NCBI GenBank assembly: GCA_944392605.1
Contig: CALXXE010000005.1
Coordinates: 7,289-71,288, forward strand
Origin: an uncultured Clostridia bacterium
GTDB lineage: Bacteria > Bacillota > Clostridia > TANB77 > CAG-508
Reading direction: 5' to 3'
DNA: 64,000 nucleotides
The translations under genes and the position numbers were made by a program. Positions within the stretch are counted from its first letter, which is position 1, and the number at the start of each line of letters is the position of its first letter. Below are positions 1 through 7,721 of the stretch, piece by piece. Below the pieces are notes generated by a model. It did not search any database, was not told the DNA's origin, and saw only the letters and a program-made list of their open reading frames with translations.

Positions 1-2
1 GT

Positions 3-143
3 TCAAGAAGTTTTTATGTTGGAGACAATGTAAAAGAAGAAGATATTAAAGCTAAATTTAGAAATGGAACTTTAACACTTGAAATCCCTAAAAAAGATGA
101 TAAAAAAGAACTTTCAGAAAAGAAATATATTCCAATTGAATAA
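3..143 (+). CDS. Hsp20/alpha-crystallin family small heat-shock protein, C-terminal fragment (5-prime end lies outside the window)
   Basis: The frame is open from the window edge and reads ..RSFYVGDNVKEEDIKAKFRNGTLTLEIPKKDDKKELSEKKYIPIE*. This resembles the C-terminus of clostridial Hsp18-type sHSPs. TAA stop at 141-143, followed by a hairpin terminator. Confidence 0.7.
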   Translation, partial: SRSFYVGDNVKEEDIKAKFRNGTLTLEIPKKDDKKELSEKKYIPIE

Positions 144-151
144 TAAAAGAG

Positions 152-192
152 AACCTGTGTATTAGGAAACTAATATACAGGTTTATTTTTTT
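152..192 (+). terminator. Rho-independent terminator after the sHSP gene
   Basis: 13-bp stem aacctgtgtatta / taatatacaggtt (one G-U pair), 6-nt loop, then a T-run. Confidence 0.7.
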
Positions 193-283
193 CTTTGAAT
201 TTCTTATTGTTTACATTGTAAATTTTTTATGAAAAAATTATAAATAAGTTTAAAAAGATTATATTTATGTTATAATAAAAATC

Positions 284-1372
284 ATGAAAAGTTTTAATTA
301 TAATAATATAAACAGAGAAAATAATTTAATAAGAAAAGCAGTAAAAGTAATTAAAGAAAATCCTAAAAAAGTAAGGAATTTTATAATAGCAGTAGTAGTT
401 CTAATAATAATATCAATAGGAGTTCAAATGATAATTGAAGAAAGTAGAAAACAGAAATATGTAGAATATGATGGAGAAAATTTAAATGAAGCTAAATATC
501 CAGGATATAAGGAACTAATTGATAAGTTATTAGAAGAACATCCTAATTGGACTTTTACTTTATTTTATACTAAGTTAGATTGGAATGAGGTAATTAAAAA
601 TGAAGGACATTCTGATACTAGAACATATCCTTTAAATTTAGTACCTGATTCATCAAGTTATCCTGATGACTGGAAATGTGAGATAGATATAAATAAAAGA
701 TTTGATAATGGTACTTGGATGTGTGCTTCTGATAAAGCTATAAAATATAAGATGGACCCTAGAAATGTTTTAAATGATAATAATATATTCCAATTTAAAG
801 AGTTAAATTATGTTGAAGGAGCACAAACAGCAGAAGGATTAAAAGAAATTACAGATGGTTCATTCTTAGAAGGAGATAATATTTCAAAAGCTTTAATAGA
901 AGCAGGTAAAAATTCTAATTTGGATCCATATTTTATAGCTTCAAGATTAATACAAGAACAAGGAAGAGATGGAACTACTCTATCTAAAGGATATGAATAT
1001 AATGGAGCAATAGTGTATAATCCATTTAATATAAATGCTATAGGAAATTCTAGAGATGAGATACTAGAGAGTGCAGCAAGTTATGCATATGAGCAAGGAT
1101 GGGATAGCTTGGAAAAAGCAATTATTGGTGGAATTGAATTTATGAAAGAAGGATATATAAATGAAGGACAAAATACTTTGTATTTACAAAAATTTGATGT
1201 TGTAAAACAAGGTGGGCTATATGAACACCAATACATGCAGAATTTACTTGCACCAACATCTGAGGCTTCTAACATGAGAGATATTTATGAATCATCTAAT
1301 ACAGTAGATTCAAAACTTAACTTTATAATACCTCTATATGAGAATATGCCTGAAGAAATTTCAGAAGAGTAG
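284..1372 (+). CDS. Membrane-anchored peptidoglycan hydrolase-like protein (GH73/glucosaminidase-like C-terminal domain)
   Basis: 362-aa ORF with an N-terminal TM segment (FIIAVVVLIIISIGVQMII). The C-terminal stretch LDPYFIASRLIQEQG..NPFNINAIGNS..QNTLYLQKFDV resembles glucosaminidase-domain autolysins. Confidence 0.55.
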   Translation: MKSFNYNNINRENNLIRKAVKVIKENPKKVRNFIIAVVVLIIISIGVQMIIEESRKQKYVEYDGENLNEAKYPGYKELIDKLLEEHPNWTFTLFYTKLDWNEVIKNEGHSDTRTYPLNLVPDSSSYPDDWKCEIDINKRFDNGTWMCASDKAIKYKMDPRNVLNDNNIFQFKELNYVEGAQTAEGLKEITDGSFLEGDNISKALIEAGKNSNLDPYFIASRLIQEQGRDGTTLSKGYEYNGAIVYNPFNINAIGNSRDEILESAASYAYEQGWDSLEKAIIGGIEFMKEGYINEGQNTLYLQKFDVVKQGGLYEHQYMQNLLAPTSEASNMRDIYESSNTVDSKLNFIIPLYENMPEEISEE

Positions 1373-1482
1373 AATTAAAAAAATAAATAGTAAAATGAAT
1401 AAAAGAAAAAGGAAAAATTAAAAATATATTGTTATAAAATATTACAAATGATAAAATGTAAAAAAAGAAAGGAGAAGATGAT

Positions 1483-2265
1483 ATGAAATTAGAAAACAAA
1501 GTTGCAATAGTAACAGGTGGAGCTATGGGAAATGGATTAGGAATTGTAAAGACATTTTTAAAATATGGAGCAAAAGTTATAATTTTTGATTACTCAGACA
1601 AAATAGAAGAGACAGTAAATAGTTTAAGACAAGAAGGTAAAGAAGTAGAAGGATATTTAGTAGATATTAGAGATAAAGAAAGAATAAAAGAATGTGTAGA
1701 GAAGGTAGTTGAACAATATAAACAAATAGATATTTTAGTAAATAATGCAGGTGTTGCAAAATTAACACCATTCTTAGAGACTACTGATGAAATTAGAGAT
1801 TTCCATTTTGATATTAATATAAAAGGTAGTTGGAATATGTCTCAAGAAGTTTTACCTTATATGCCAAATGGTGGAGCAATTGTAAATCTTTCTTCTGTAA
1901 CAGGACCAATGGTTGCAGATACAGGTGAAGTTGCTTATGCTACAACAAAGGCAGCATTATATGGATTTACAAAAGGACTAGCTGCAGAGGTTGTAAACAA
2001 AGAAATAAGGGTAAATGCAATACTTCCTGGATATATTATGACACCAATGGTTGAAGGTATTGCAAAAGACTCTGATAGTAGTAATCCAGATTCAGTTGTA
2101 AAAGGTATAGCAGATGGAATTCCTATGGGTAGATTAGGAACAATAGAAGAACTAGGAGAGCTTGCAGCATTTTTAGCAAGTAATGAATCATCTTATATAA
2201 CAGGACAAGGTTTTGTAATTGATGGTGGTTCTACTCTTCCAGAAACTATGAGTGTAGGGGTGTAA
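1483..2265 (+). CDS. SDR family oxidoreductase (UcpA-like short-chain dehydrogenase)
   Basis: TGGxxGxG dinucleotide motif (VAIVTGGAMGNGLG), NNAG motif, and a YxxxK catalytic pair (YATTKAAL). Strong RBS ggagaag upstream. Confidence 0.85.
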   Translation: MKLENKVAIVTGGAMGNGLGIVKTFLKYGAKVIIFDYSDKIEETVNSLRQEGKEVEGYLVDIRDKERIKECVEKVVEQYKQIDILVNNAGVAKLTPFLETTDEIRDFHFDINIKGSWNMSQEVLPYMPNGGAIVNLSSVTGPMVADTGEVAYATTKAALYGFTKGLAAEVVNKEIRVNAILPGYIMTPMVEGIAKDSDSSNPDSVVKGIADGIPMGRLGTIEELGELAAFLASNESSYITGQGFVIDGGSTLPETMSVGV

Positions 2266-2268
2266 ACA

Positions 2269-2625
2269 ATGGTTTTATTTATAGAATATCCAAAATGTTC
2301 TACTTGTCAAAAGGCTAAAAAATGGCTAATTAATAATAATGTAGAGTTTGAAGATAGAAATATAGTTGAAAACACACCTACTGAAAAAGAACTAAAAAAA
2401 TGGATTACTGAAAGTAAGAAGGATATTAAAAAGTTCTTTAATACAAGTGGAATAAAATATAAAGAGCTTAATTTAAAAGAAAAATTACCAAATATGACAG
2501 ATGATGAAAAGATAAAACTTTTATCTAGTGATGGTATGTTAATTAAAAGACCACTTCTTATTACTGATAATACAATACTTACAGGTTTTAGAGAAAAAGA
2601 GTGGAAAGAAGCTTTTAAAAAATAA
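2269..2625 (+). CDS. ArsC/Spx/MgsR family protein (YffB-like)
   Basis: 118 aa with an N-terminal CxxC (YPKCSTCQKAKKWL), the NTSG motif, and the LIKRPLL motif typical of the ArsC fold. Starts 4 nt after the SDR stop. Confidence 0.8.
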   Translation: MVLFIEYPKCSTCQKAKKWLINNNVEFEDRNIVENTPTEKELKKWITESKKDIKKFFNTSGIKYKELNLKEKLPNMTDDEKIKLLSSDGMLIKRPLLITDNTILTGFREKEWKEAFKK

Positions 2626-2636
2626 TATAAAAATGT

Positions 2637-2675
2637 AGAACGTGTATAAATTATACTTATATGCGTTCTGTTTTC
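2637..2675 (+). terminator. Rho-independent terminator
   Basis: Long stem agaacgtgtataa / ttatatgcgttct followed by gttttc. Confidence 0.6.
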
Positions 2676-2720
2676 TGTAATTGATTATATAGGACTTTAG
2701 AAACAATTACACAAGCCTAA

Positions 2721-2752
2721 TTTTAATTTGGTCGAATTCGACCAAATTAAAA
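2721..2752. repeat. Perfect 32-bp palindrome ttttaatttggtcgaa|ttcgaccaaattaaaa
   Basis: Read directly. A related half-site ggtcgaaatcga follows at about 2762-2775. No ORF covers it. Confidence 0.9.
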
Positions 2753-2989
2753 CTGAATAAGGGGTCGAAATCGATTCCTTAAAAAAAAGAAGCAAGAGAG
2801 CATTATTTGCAAAGGTGGATAAAAGAAAATTTAGTTCCAACATTAACAGATAAATAAAAACAATATGAAATTTTACAAGAAAGTAAGGGAATAAGAAAAA
2901 TTGAGGAATTAAGTGAACAAAATTTATTAAATTAGTTATAAATATAAGAGCATAAAATCTTCTACTTTGGGTGGTGGAAGTTTATGCTC

Positions 2990-3193
2990 TTATAATTTTC
3001 TTAAAAATCTTTGAAATAATGTATTTTTGTTTTTATCTAAAAACTTGTTTCTTATTAAATATAATATTCCACAAAATAACAATATAACTGTAAAAAATAA
3101 AGTTATATATACTAAGTATTTATTTCTTTCTACTGTTGATAAAGTATTTAAATAAATTATATAATTACTAATCATTTTCTCATCCCTAATCAC
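2990..3193 (-). CDS. Hypothetical small membrane protein
   Basis: 67-aa ORF with one hydrophobic helix (LVYITLFFTVILLFCGILYLI). A hairpin sits at its 3-prime end (2946-2993). No recognisable family. Confidence 0.3.
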   Translation of the reverse strand: MIRDEKMISNYIIYLNTLSTVERNKYLVYITLFFTVILLFCGILYLIRNKFLDKNKNTLFQRFLRKL

Positions 3194-3318
3194 TTTAAAT
3201 ATTTATAAGAAAATGCTATCAAAAGGAATGAAAAAAGTCAATATAGAATATTCAAATTAATATATTATATTAAAAAACAAGATAAAAAATAAATATAGTA
3301 GAATAAAGTGAAAAACAA

Positions 3319-3678
3319 TTAAATGTTTCTAATTAGCATAATGAAATGCTTTATAAAATTTAATGTTTCAATTATTTCATCTTCTGAATAGTTTTGAAGT
3401 AATTCCTTTGTTTTATCAATACATTTATCATCAAGTCCATAAAGAATGTAATCAGCAGAATGTCCACTTAGATTTCTTAATTTTTTTAGACTTCTATATA
3501 CTAAATTTCCTTTCCCGTCTTCTACTAACCCCAAAAATTGACTAGATATACCTATTTCTTTGGCTAGCTCAGTTTTATTCATGTGTAGTTCATTTTCTCT
3601 TATGTCTCTTATTCTTTTTCCTCTTTTTTCTTGTTCCATTTTTTCTAATTCGTTATTATTATTATCACTTTTTTTCAT
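3319..3678 (-). CDS. XRE-family helix-turn-helix transcriptional regulator
   Basis: GKRIRDIRENELHMNKTELAKEIGISSQFLGLVEDGK is a classic HTH_3 motif. The gene is divergent from the response-regulator gene. Confidence 0.8.
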   Translation of the reverse strand: MKKSDNNNNELEKMEQEKRGKRIRDIRENELHMNKTELAKEIGISSQFLGLVEDGKGNLVYRSLKKLRNLSGHSADYILYGLDDKCIDKTKELLQNYSEDEIIETLNFIKHFIMLIRNI

Positions 3679-3818
3679 AATAAATACCTCATTTATTTTT
3701 TTCTATTTTATAAAATAAAAAATACAAATAGATAGTTAAAAATAATAAATAAATGTAGAAATTTGATGGGTTTTATGGTATATTGTAAGATATATAAAAC
3801 TAAAGGAGGCGTTTAGAA

Positions 3819-4604
3819 TTGACAAAGCCTATGAAAATTTTAATTGTAGAAGATGATATTAATGATTGTAATAATTTTATTAATTGTATTAAGAAAAGAG
3901 ATGACTTTGAACTAGTTGCTGTAACAGATTCTGATGTAGATGCATTAAAATATGTAAAACTAAAACATCCGGAAGGAATTGTATTAGATTTAGAATTAAA
4001 CAATAGTAAAAGTGGTAGCACAAATTCTTTAGAGTTTTTATCAAACTTGAAGAAACTAAATTTGAGTTATGAACCAATTGTTATTGTAACAACTCATGTA
4101 TATTCAAAGAAAACTTATGAAATTCTTCATAGAGAAGGAGTTGATTTAATTCTATATAAAGACCATCCTAAGTATTCTTGTGATAATGTTTTAAATAACT
4201 TTCTAATGTATAGAAATGTTTCTTCAGATAATCAACCTAAAACAATTTCTGAAGAAATAGAAGATAATGAAAATAAAATTTCAGATTTAATTAATCATGA
4301 ATTAGATTTGATTGGCGTAACTTCAAAACTTAAAGGAAGAAAATATATTCATGATGCTATTTTATATTTGATAGAAAATGAGAATAGCAATATTAATGTT
4401 ATTCAATATTTAACAAAGATTCATAAGAAATCCGGAAATACAATTACAAATGGTATTCAAAATGCAATTATTCATGCATGGAGAGTTTCATCAATTGAAG
4501 ATTTGGAAACTTATTATACTGCTAAAGTTAATTATGAAACAGGTGTACCAACACCTATGGAGTTTATATATTATTATGTAGATAAGATAAAGAAATTGAT
4601 CTAG
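3819..4604 (+). CDS. Response regulator with a receiver domain and a Spo0A-C-like DNA-binding domain
   Basis: The receiver has the acidic pocket ILIVEDD, phospho-acceptor VLDLEL, and T (VIVTTH) and K (ILYKDH) residues. The C-terminus LIGVTSKLKGRKYIHDAILYL..NGIQNAIIHAW parallels the Spo0A GVPAHIKGY..AI / RAIRHAIEVAW pattern. TTG start 9 nt after aaaggagg. Confidence 0.7.
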   Translation: MTKPMKILIVEDDINDCNNFINCIKKRDDFELVAVTDSDVDALKYVKLKHPEGIVLDLELNNSKSGSTNSLEFLSNLKKLNLSYEPIVIVTTHVYSKKTYEILHREGVDLILYKDHPKYSCDNVLNNFLMYRNVSSDNQPKTISEEIEDNENKISDLINHELDLIGVTSKLKGRKYIHDAILYLIENENSNINVIQYLTKIHKKSGNTITNGIQNAIIHAWRVSSIEDLETYYTAKVNYETGVPTPMEFIYYYVDKIKKLI

Positions 4605-4630
4605 TATTTAAAAAATACTAGATTTTTTTA
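4600..4630 (+). terminator. Rho-independent terminator after the response regulator
   Basis: 10-bp stem tctagtattt / aaatactaga, 3-nt loop, T7 run. Confidence 0.75.
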
Positions 4631-4736
4631 TTTTTCACCATTTTTTCTCATTAGGAAATACCAACTATCCAAGCCTACTTGGATGGTATTTTTTTTATAA
4701 CAAAAAGAAACAAAAATACCAAAGAAAAAGGTGGTG

Positions 4737-4796
4737 ATGAGTATGTCAGACTGGTTTGAAGGTCTATTAGAATGGATTAGATATTGGATAGGATAA
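4737..4796 (+). CDS. Candidate small Trp-rich peptide MSMSDWFEGLLEWIRYWIG (19 aa, or 17 aa from the second ATG at 4743)
   Basis: Below the ORF-track size cut-off and found by reading. RBS aaaggtggtg ends at 4736, 6 nt before the ATG at 4743. Flanked by hairpin + T-run structures at about 4659-4700 and 4818-4860. Sits between the response regulator and the kinase. Confidence 0.35.
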   Translation: MSMSDWFEGLLEWIRYWIG

Positions 4797-4886
4797 TAGA
4801 AGTGTAAATAATAAGAAAGATAATTGATATATTAAATATATTGATTATCTTTTGTTTTTTATGTATAATTTATAAGGTGAAGATTA

Positions 4887-6341
4887 TTGGAAAGTATAGC
4901 TAATGAACTTGTTGCAAATGTTATAAGAAATTTTTTTGTCTGTTTAGGAACTTATTGTACAATTATAAAATTTACAAATAAGAAACAGAAGGCTATTATA
5001 AAAACAATATTTATTATACTAATTACTAGCGTGTTATCTGCTCTAGCAAGTAAAGAATCAGGGCTAATATCTAGTTTAATAGTTCAAATATTGTTGATAT
5101 CAATCTTATATAGTTTTGTTATTAAGGTAGATATAGGATATGCATTAATTATAACAGCTATTTGTTTAAGTATAAATAACATTATATACCTTATTGCCAT
5201 AATATTTAATTATATAATAAATAATTTTTATAATATTCAAAACAATTATATAAATTTGTTAATATTAATATTATTTTACATATTTATTTTATATAGCGTT
5301 CTAAAATTAAAAAGAATAAAGAATGGAATTTCATTTTTAAGCGGGAAATTGAAGAATGAGTATTTTAATATATTAATACTCAATATAAGTGTAATAATAC
5401 TATTTTCTTTTACTATATTTACTAGTTCTGATATTAATTTTATTAGTAGAATATTCTTTATGGTTATAATTTTTTCTGCTATTATGTTTGTAACCATTCA
5501 AAAATCTTTACAGTTATATTATAAACAGAAAATGTTAGTTAAGGACTTGGAAGAAACAAAAGAAGAGTTGGAGAATAAGAAGAAAGAAGTAGAAGCATTA
5601 GAAAAAGAAAACTTAGAATTTAGTAAAATAAGTCATTCGATAGCACATAAGCAAAAATCTTTAGAACATAAATTAAATGAGTTAAGTATGAAAAGTGAAA
5701 TAGCAGATGAATTAGATATAAAAGATAGAATAGATGACTTGAGTAAGAATTTAATGAAAGAGACAATTGTAGTTTTAGATAAAACAGGAATAACTGAAAT
5801 AGATGATATGCTTTCTTATATGCAATCAGAATGTGTGAAAAATAAAATAGATTTTCAATTACAATTAAACGGTAACATCTATACAATGATAAATCATCAT
5901 ATAGATAAAGAAGAATTAGAAATATTACTTGCTGACCATATAAAAAATGCAATTATAGCAATCGGATATGGAGATAATGTAAATAAAAGTATTTTAGTAA
6001 GGCTTGGTAAAATAGATGGAAGTTATGGACTATATGTTTATGATTCAGGTATAGAGTTTGAAATAGAAACATTATTAAACTTAGGAAAGAAACCAAGTAC
6101 AACACATAAAGACTCAGGTGGTACTGGTATGGGATTCATGAATACTTTTGATACGTTAAGAAAACATAATGCAAGTTTTATAATAGAGGAATATGGAAAA
6201 CCTGTTAAAGATAACTTTACTAAAGCTCTAAAATTTAAGTTTAATGGTAAGAATGAATTTAAGATTTGTTCATATAGAGAAGAAGAAATAAAAAATAAAG
6301 ATAGAGAGAATTGTCTAATTGTAGAAAAACTATCTTTATAG
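4887..6341 (+). CDS. Membrane sensor histidine kinase, AgrC/GHKL-like (polytopic N-terminus, coiled coil, HATPase_c)
   Basis: About 6 TM helices lie in aa 1-205. A coiled-coil linker follows, with a candidate His box FSKISHSIAHKQKSL. The C-terminal ATPase has YVYDSGIEFE and the G2 box DSGGTGMGF. TTG start 6 nt after aaggtga. Confidence 0.75.
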   Translation: MESIANELVANVIRNFFVCLGTYCTIIKFTNKKQKAIIKTIFIILITSVLSALASKESGLISSLIVQILLISILYSFVIKVDIGYALIITAICLSINNIIYLIAIIFNYIINNFYNIQNNYINLLILILFYIFILYSVLKLKRIKNGISFLSGKLKNEYFNILILNISVIILFSFTIFTSSDINFISRIFFMVIIFSAIMFVTIQKSLQLYYKQKMLVKDLEETKEELENKKKEVEALEKENLEFSKISHSIAHKQKSLEHKLNELSMKSEIADELDIKDRIDDLSKNLMKETIVVLDKTGITEIDDMLSYMQSECVKNKIDFQLQLNGNIYTMINHHIDKEELEILLADHIKNAIIAIGYGDNVNKSILVRLGKIDGSYGLYVYDSGIEFEIETLLNLGKKPSTTHKDSGGTGMGFMNTFDTLRKHNASFIIEEYGKPVKDNFTKALKFKFNGKNEFKICSYREEEIKNKDRENCLIVEKLSL

Positions 6342-6398
6342 TAATAAAAATAAAGTATTAGCATAAGAATTAATAAGAAAAGGAGGTCTTATGCTAAT

Positions 6399-6974
6399 AT
6401 GGATTTAATTAAAAAAGCTTTTGATAAAGTAAAATCAAATAAGTTAATAAGAGTAGAATTGATTGTAATATTATTTAGCTTAATTTTAGGTACATTATTA
6501 CACTTTACATATGAATGGTCTGGTGAGAACTTATTTATAGGAAGTTTTAGTGCAGTAAATGAAAGTGTATGGGAACATTTAAAATTAGTATTTTATCCTA
6601 TGTTAATTGCAGCTATAGTAGAATATTTCTTTGTAAAAGATGTGTCTAATAATTATGTTGAAGCAAAAACAATAGGCATATTTACTGCGATATGCTTTAT
6701 AATAGTTTCATTTTTTACTTATTCAGGTATTATTGGAACAAGCATTATAGTAATAGATATTTTAATATTTATTATAAGTATAATTTTGGGTGAATATGTT
6801 GCATATAGGCTTATGAAAAGAGAAAATGAAAGTACTGTTACAACTGAGTGTTTATCAATTATTATACTTGTATTTTTACTTCTTTGCTTTATAATATTTA
6901 CATATTTACCACCAGAAGTTAATTTATTTAGAGATGTTACAACAGGAATATATGGAATAGGAAATATATTATAA
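6399..6974 (+). CDS. Polytopic membrane protein of unknown function (possibly a DUF6512-type family)
   Basis: 191 aa with 5-6 TM helices and the motif HFTYEWSGENLFIGSFSAVNESVWEHLKL. RBS aaaggagg upstream; terminator at 6974-7002. Confidence 0.55.
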   Translation: MDLIKKAFDKVKSNKLIRVELIVILFSLILGTLLHFTYEWSGENLFIGSFSAVNESVWEHLKLVFYPMLIAAIVEYFFVKDVSNNYVEAKTIGIFTAICFIIVSFFTYSGIIGTSIIVIDILIFIISIILGEYVAYRLMKRENESTVTTECLSIIILVFLLLCFIIFTYLPPEVNLFRDVTTGIYGIGNIL

Positions 6975-7040
6975 AAAGTAGGAAACACCTACTTTTTATT
7001 TTGCTTTTATATCTTAATTGGAAAAAATTTCAAAAAACTA

Positions 7041-7069
7041 TTGACAAAATTTGTAAAAATAATTATAAT
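7041..7069 (+). promoter_or_regulatory. Consensus sigma-A type promoter (TTGACA-17-TATAAT)
   Basis: ttgaca at 7041-7046, exactly 17 nt of spacer, tataat at 7064-7069. Confidence 0.55.
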
Positions 7070-7142
7070 AAGGACAGTTTTTAAATCAAAATATTTATTT
7101 TCTTAATATTTTATCGAAGATTTCAAACAAAAAGAGAATATG

Positions 7143-7309
7143 TTTAGATATCTGAGGCCATTATAAGCCCCTAATTTTGATCCCTAAATTAAATGAATTA
7201 TTCCCTATATTTTTAGTAAATTTATTTCAATCTTTAAAAAGTCCATAAATATAAAAAATAAAATGAAATTACAAATATAAAGTATTTATAATGGCCTCAG
7301 ATATCTAAA
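7143..7309. repeat. 167-bp MITE-like element or long hairpin with 24-bp perfect terminal inverted repeats
   Basis: tttagatatctgaggccattataa (7143-7166) is the exact reverse complement of 7286-7309. Both ends are flanked by TATG (7139-7142 and 7310-7313). The interior carries ccctaa/ccctaa/ccctat motifs. Confidence 0.5.
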
Positions 7310-7310
7310 T

Positions 7311-7682
7311 ATGTTTAAAGGAGGATTGAGAATAGTAGTTAGCAAAGGAAGAAGAAAAATAGCAGAGAATATAGTTTGTAAATATCTGAAAGATAATAAT
7401 TATATAATAGTAGAAAAAAACTTTGAATGTAAAAAAGAAATAATTGACTTAATTGCTTATGATGAATTAACTAAAGAATTAGTTTTTATTAAGTTAAAAC
7501 TTTATATAATTCCCAAAGAGTTAAAAGAAATTGCTGAAAATCAAGAGGTTCTAAAATCTATAGCTAAATACTATAATTATGAATACGGTCTTTATGACAT
7601 ACCATTTAGATTTGATATAATAAAAATATTTTTAAATAATAGTATCTATAAACTAAAACATATTAAAAGAGTTTTTAAATAA
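7311..7682 (+). CDS. Divergent YraN/UPF0102-like (PD-(D/E)XK-fold) protein
   Basis: KGRRKIAENIVCKYLKDNNYIIVEKNFECKKEIIDLIA...LVFIKLK matches the YraN pattern G..GE..A..YL...GY.I..RN.R...GEIDLIA...LVFVEVK, but the acidic Glu of the E-V-K motif is replaced. The start codon is uncertain: the ATG abuts the inverted repeat, and the aaaggagg RBS lies inside the ORF. Confidence 0.5.
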   Translation: MFKGGLRIVVSKGRRKIAENIVCKYLKDNNYIIVEKNFECKKEIIDLIAYDELTKELVFIKLKLYIIPKELKEIAENQEVLKSIAKYYNYEYGLYDIPFRFDIIKIFLNNSIYKLKHIKRVFK

Positions 7683-7690
7683 ATAAAAGC

Positions 7691-7711
7691 TGTCCAAAGT
7701 ATATTTGGACA
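7691..7711. terminator. Bidirectional hairpin between convergent genes
   Basis: tgtccaaa gtata tttggaca, with an A-run upstream and a T-rich tract downstream. Confidence 0.6.
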
Positions 7712-7721
7712 ACTATATTTT

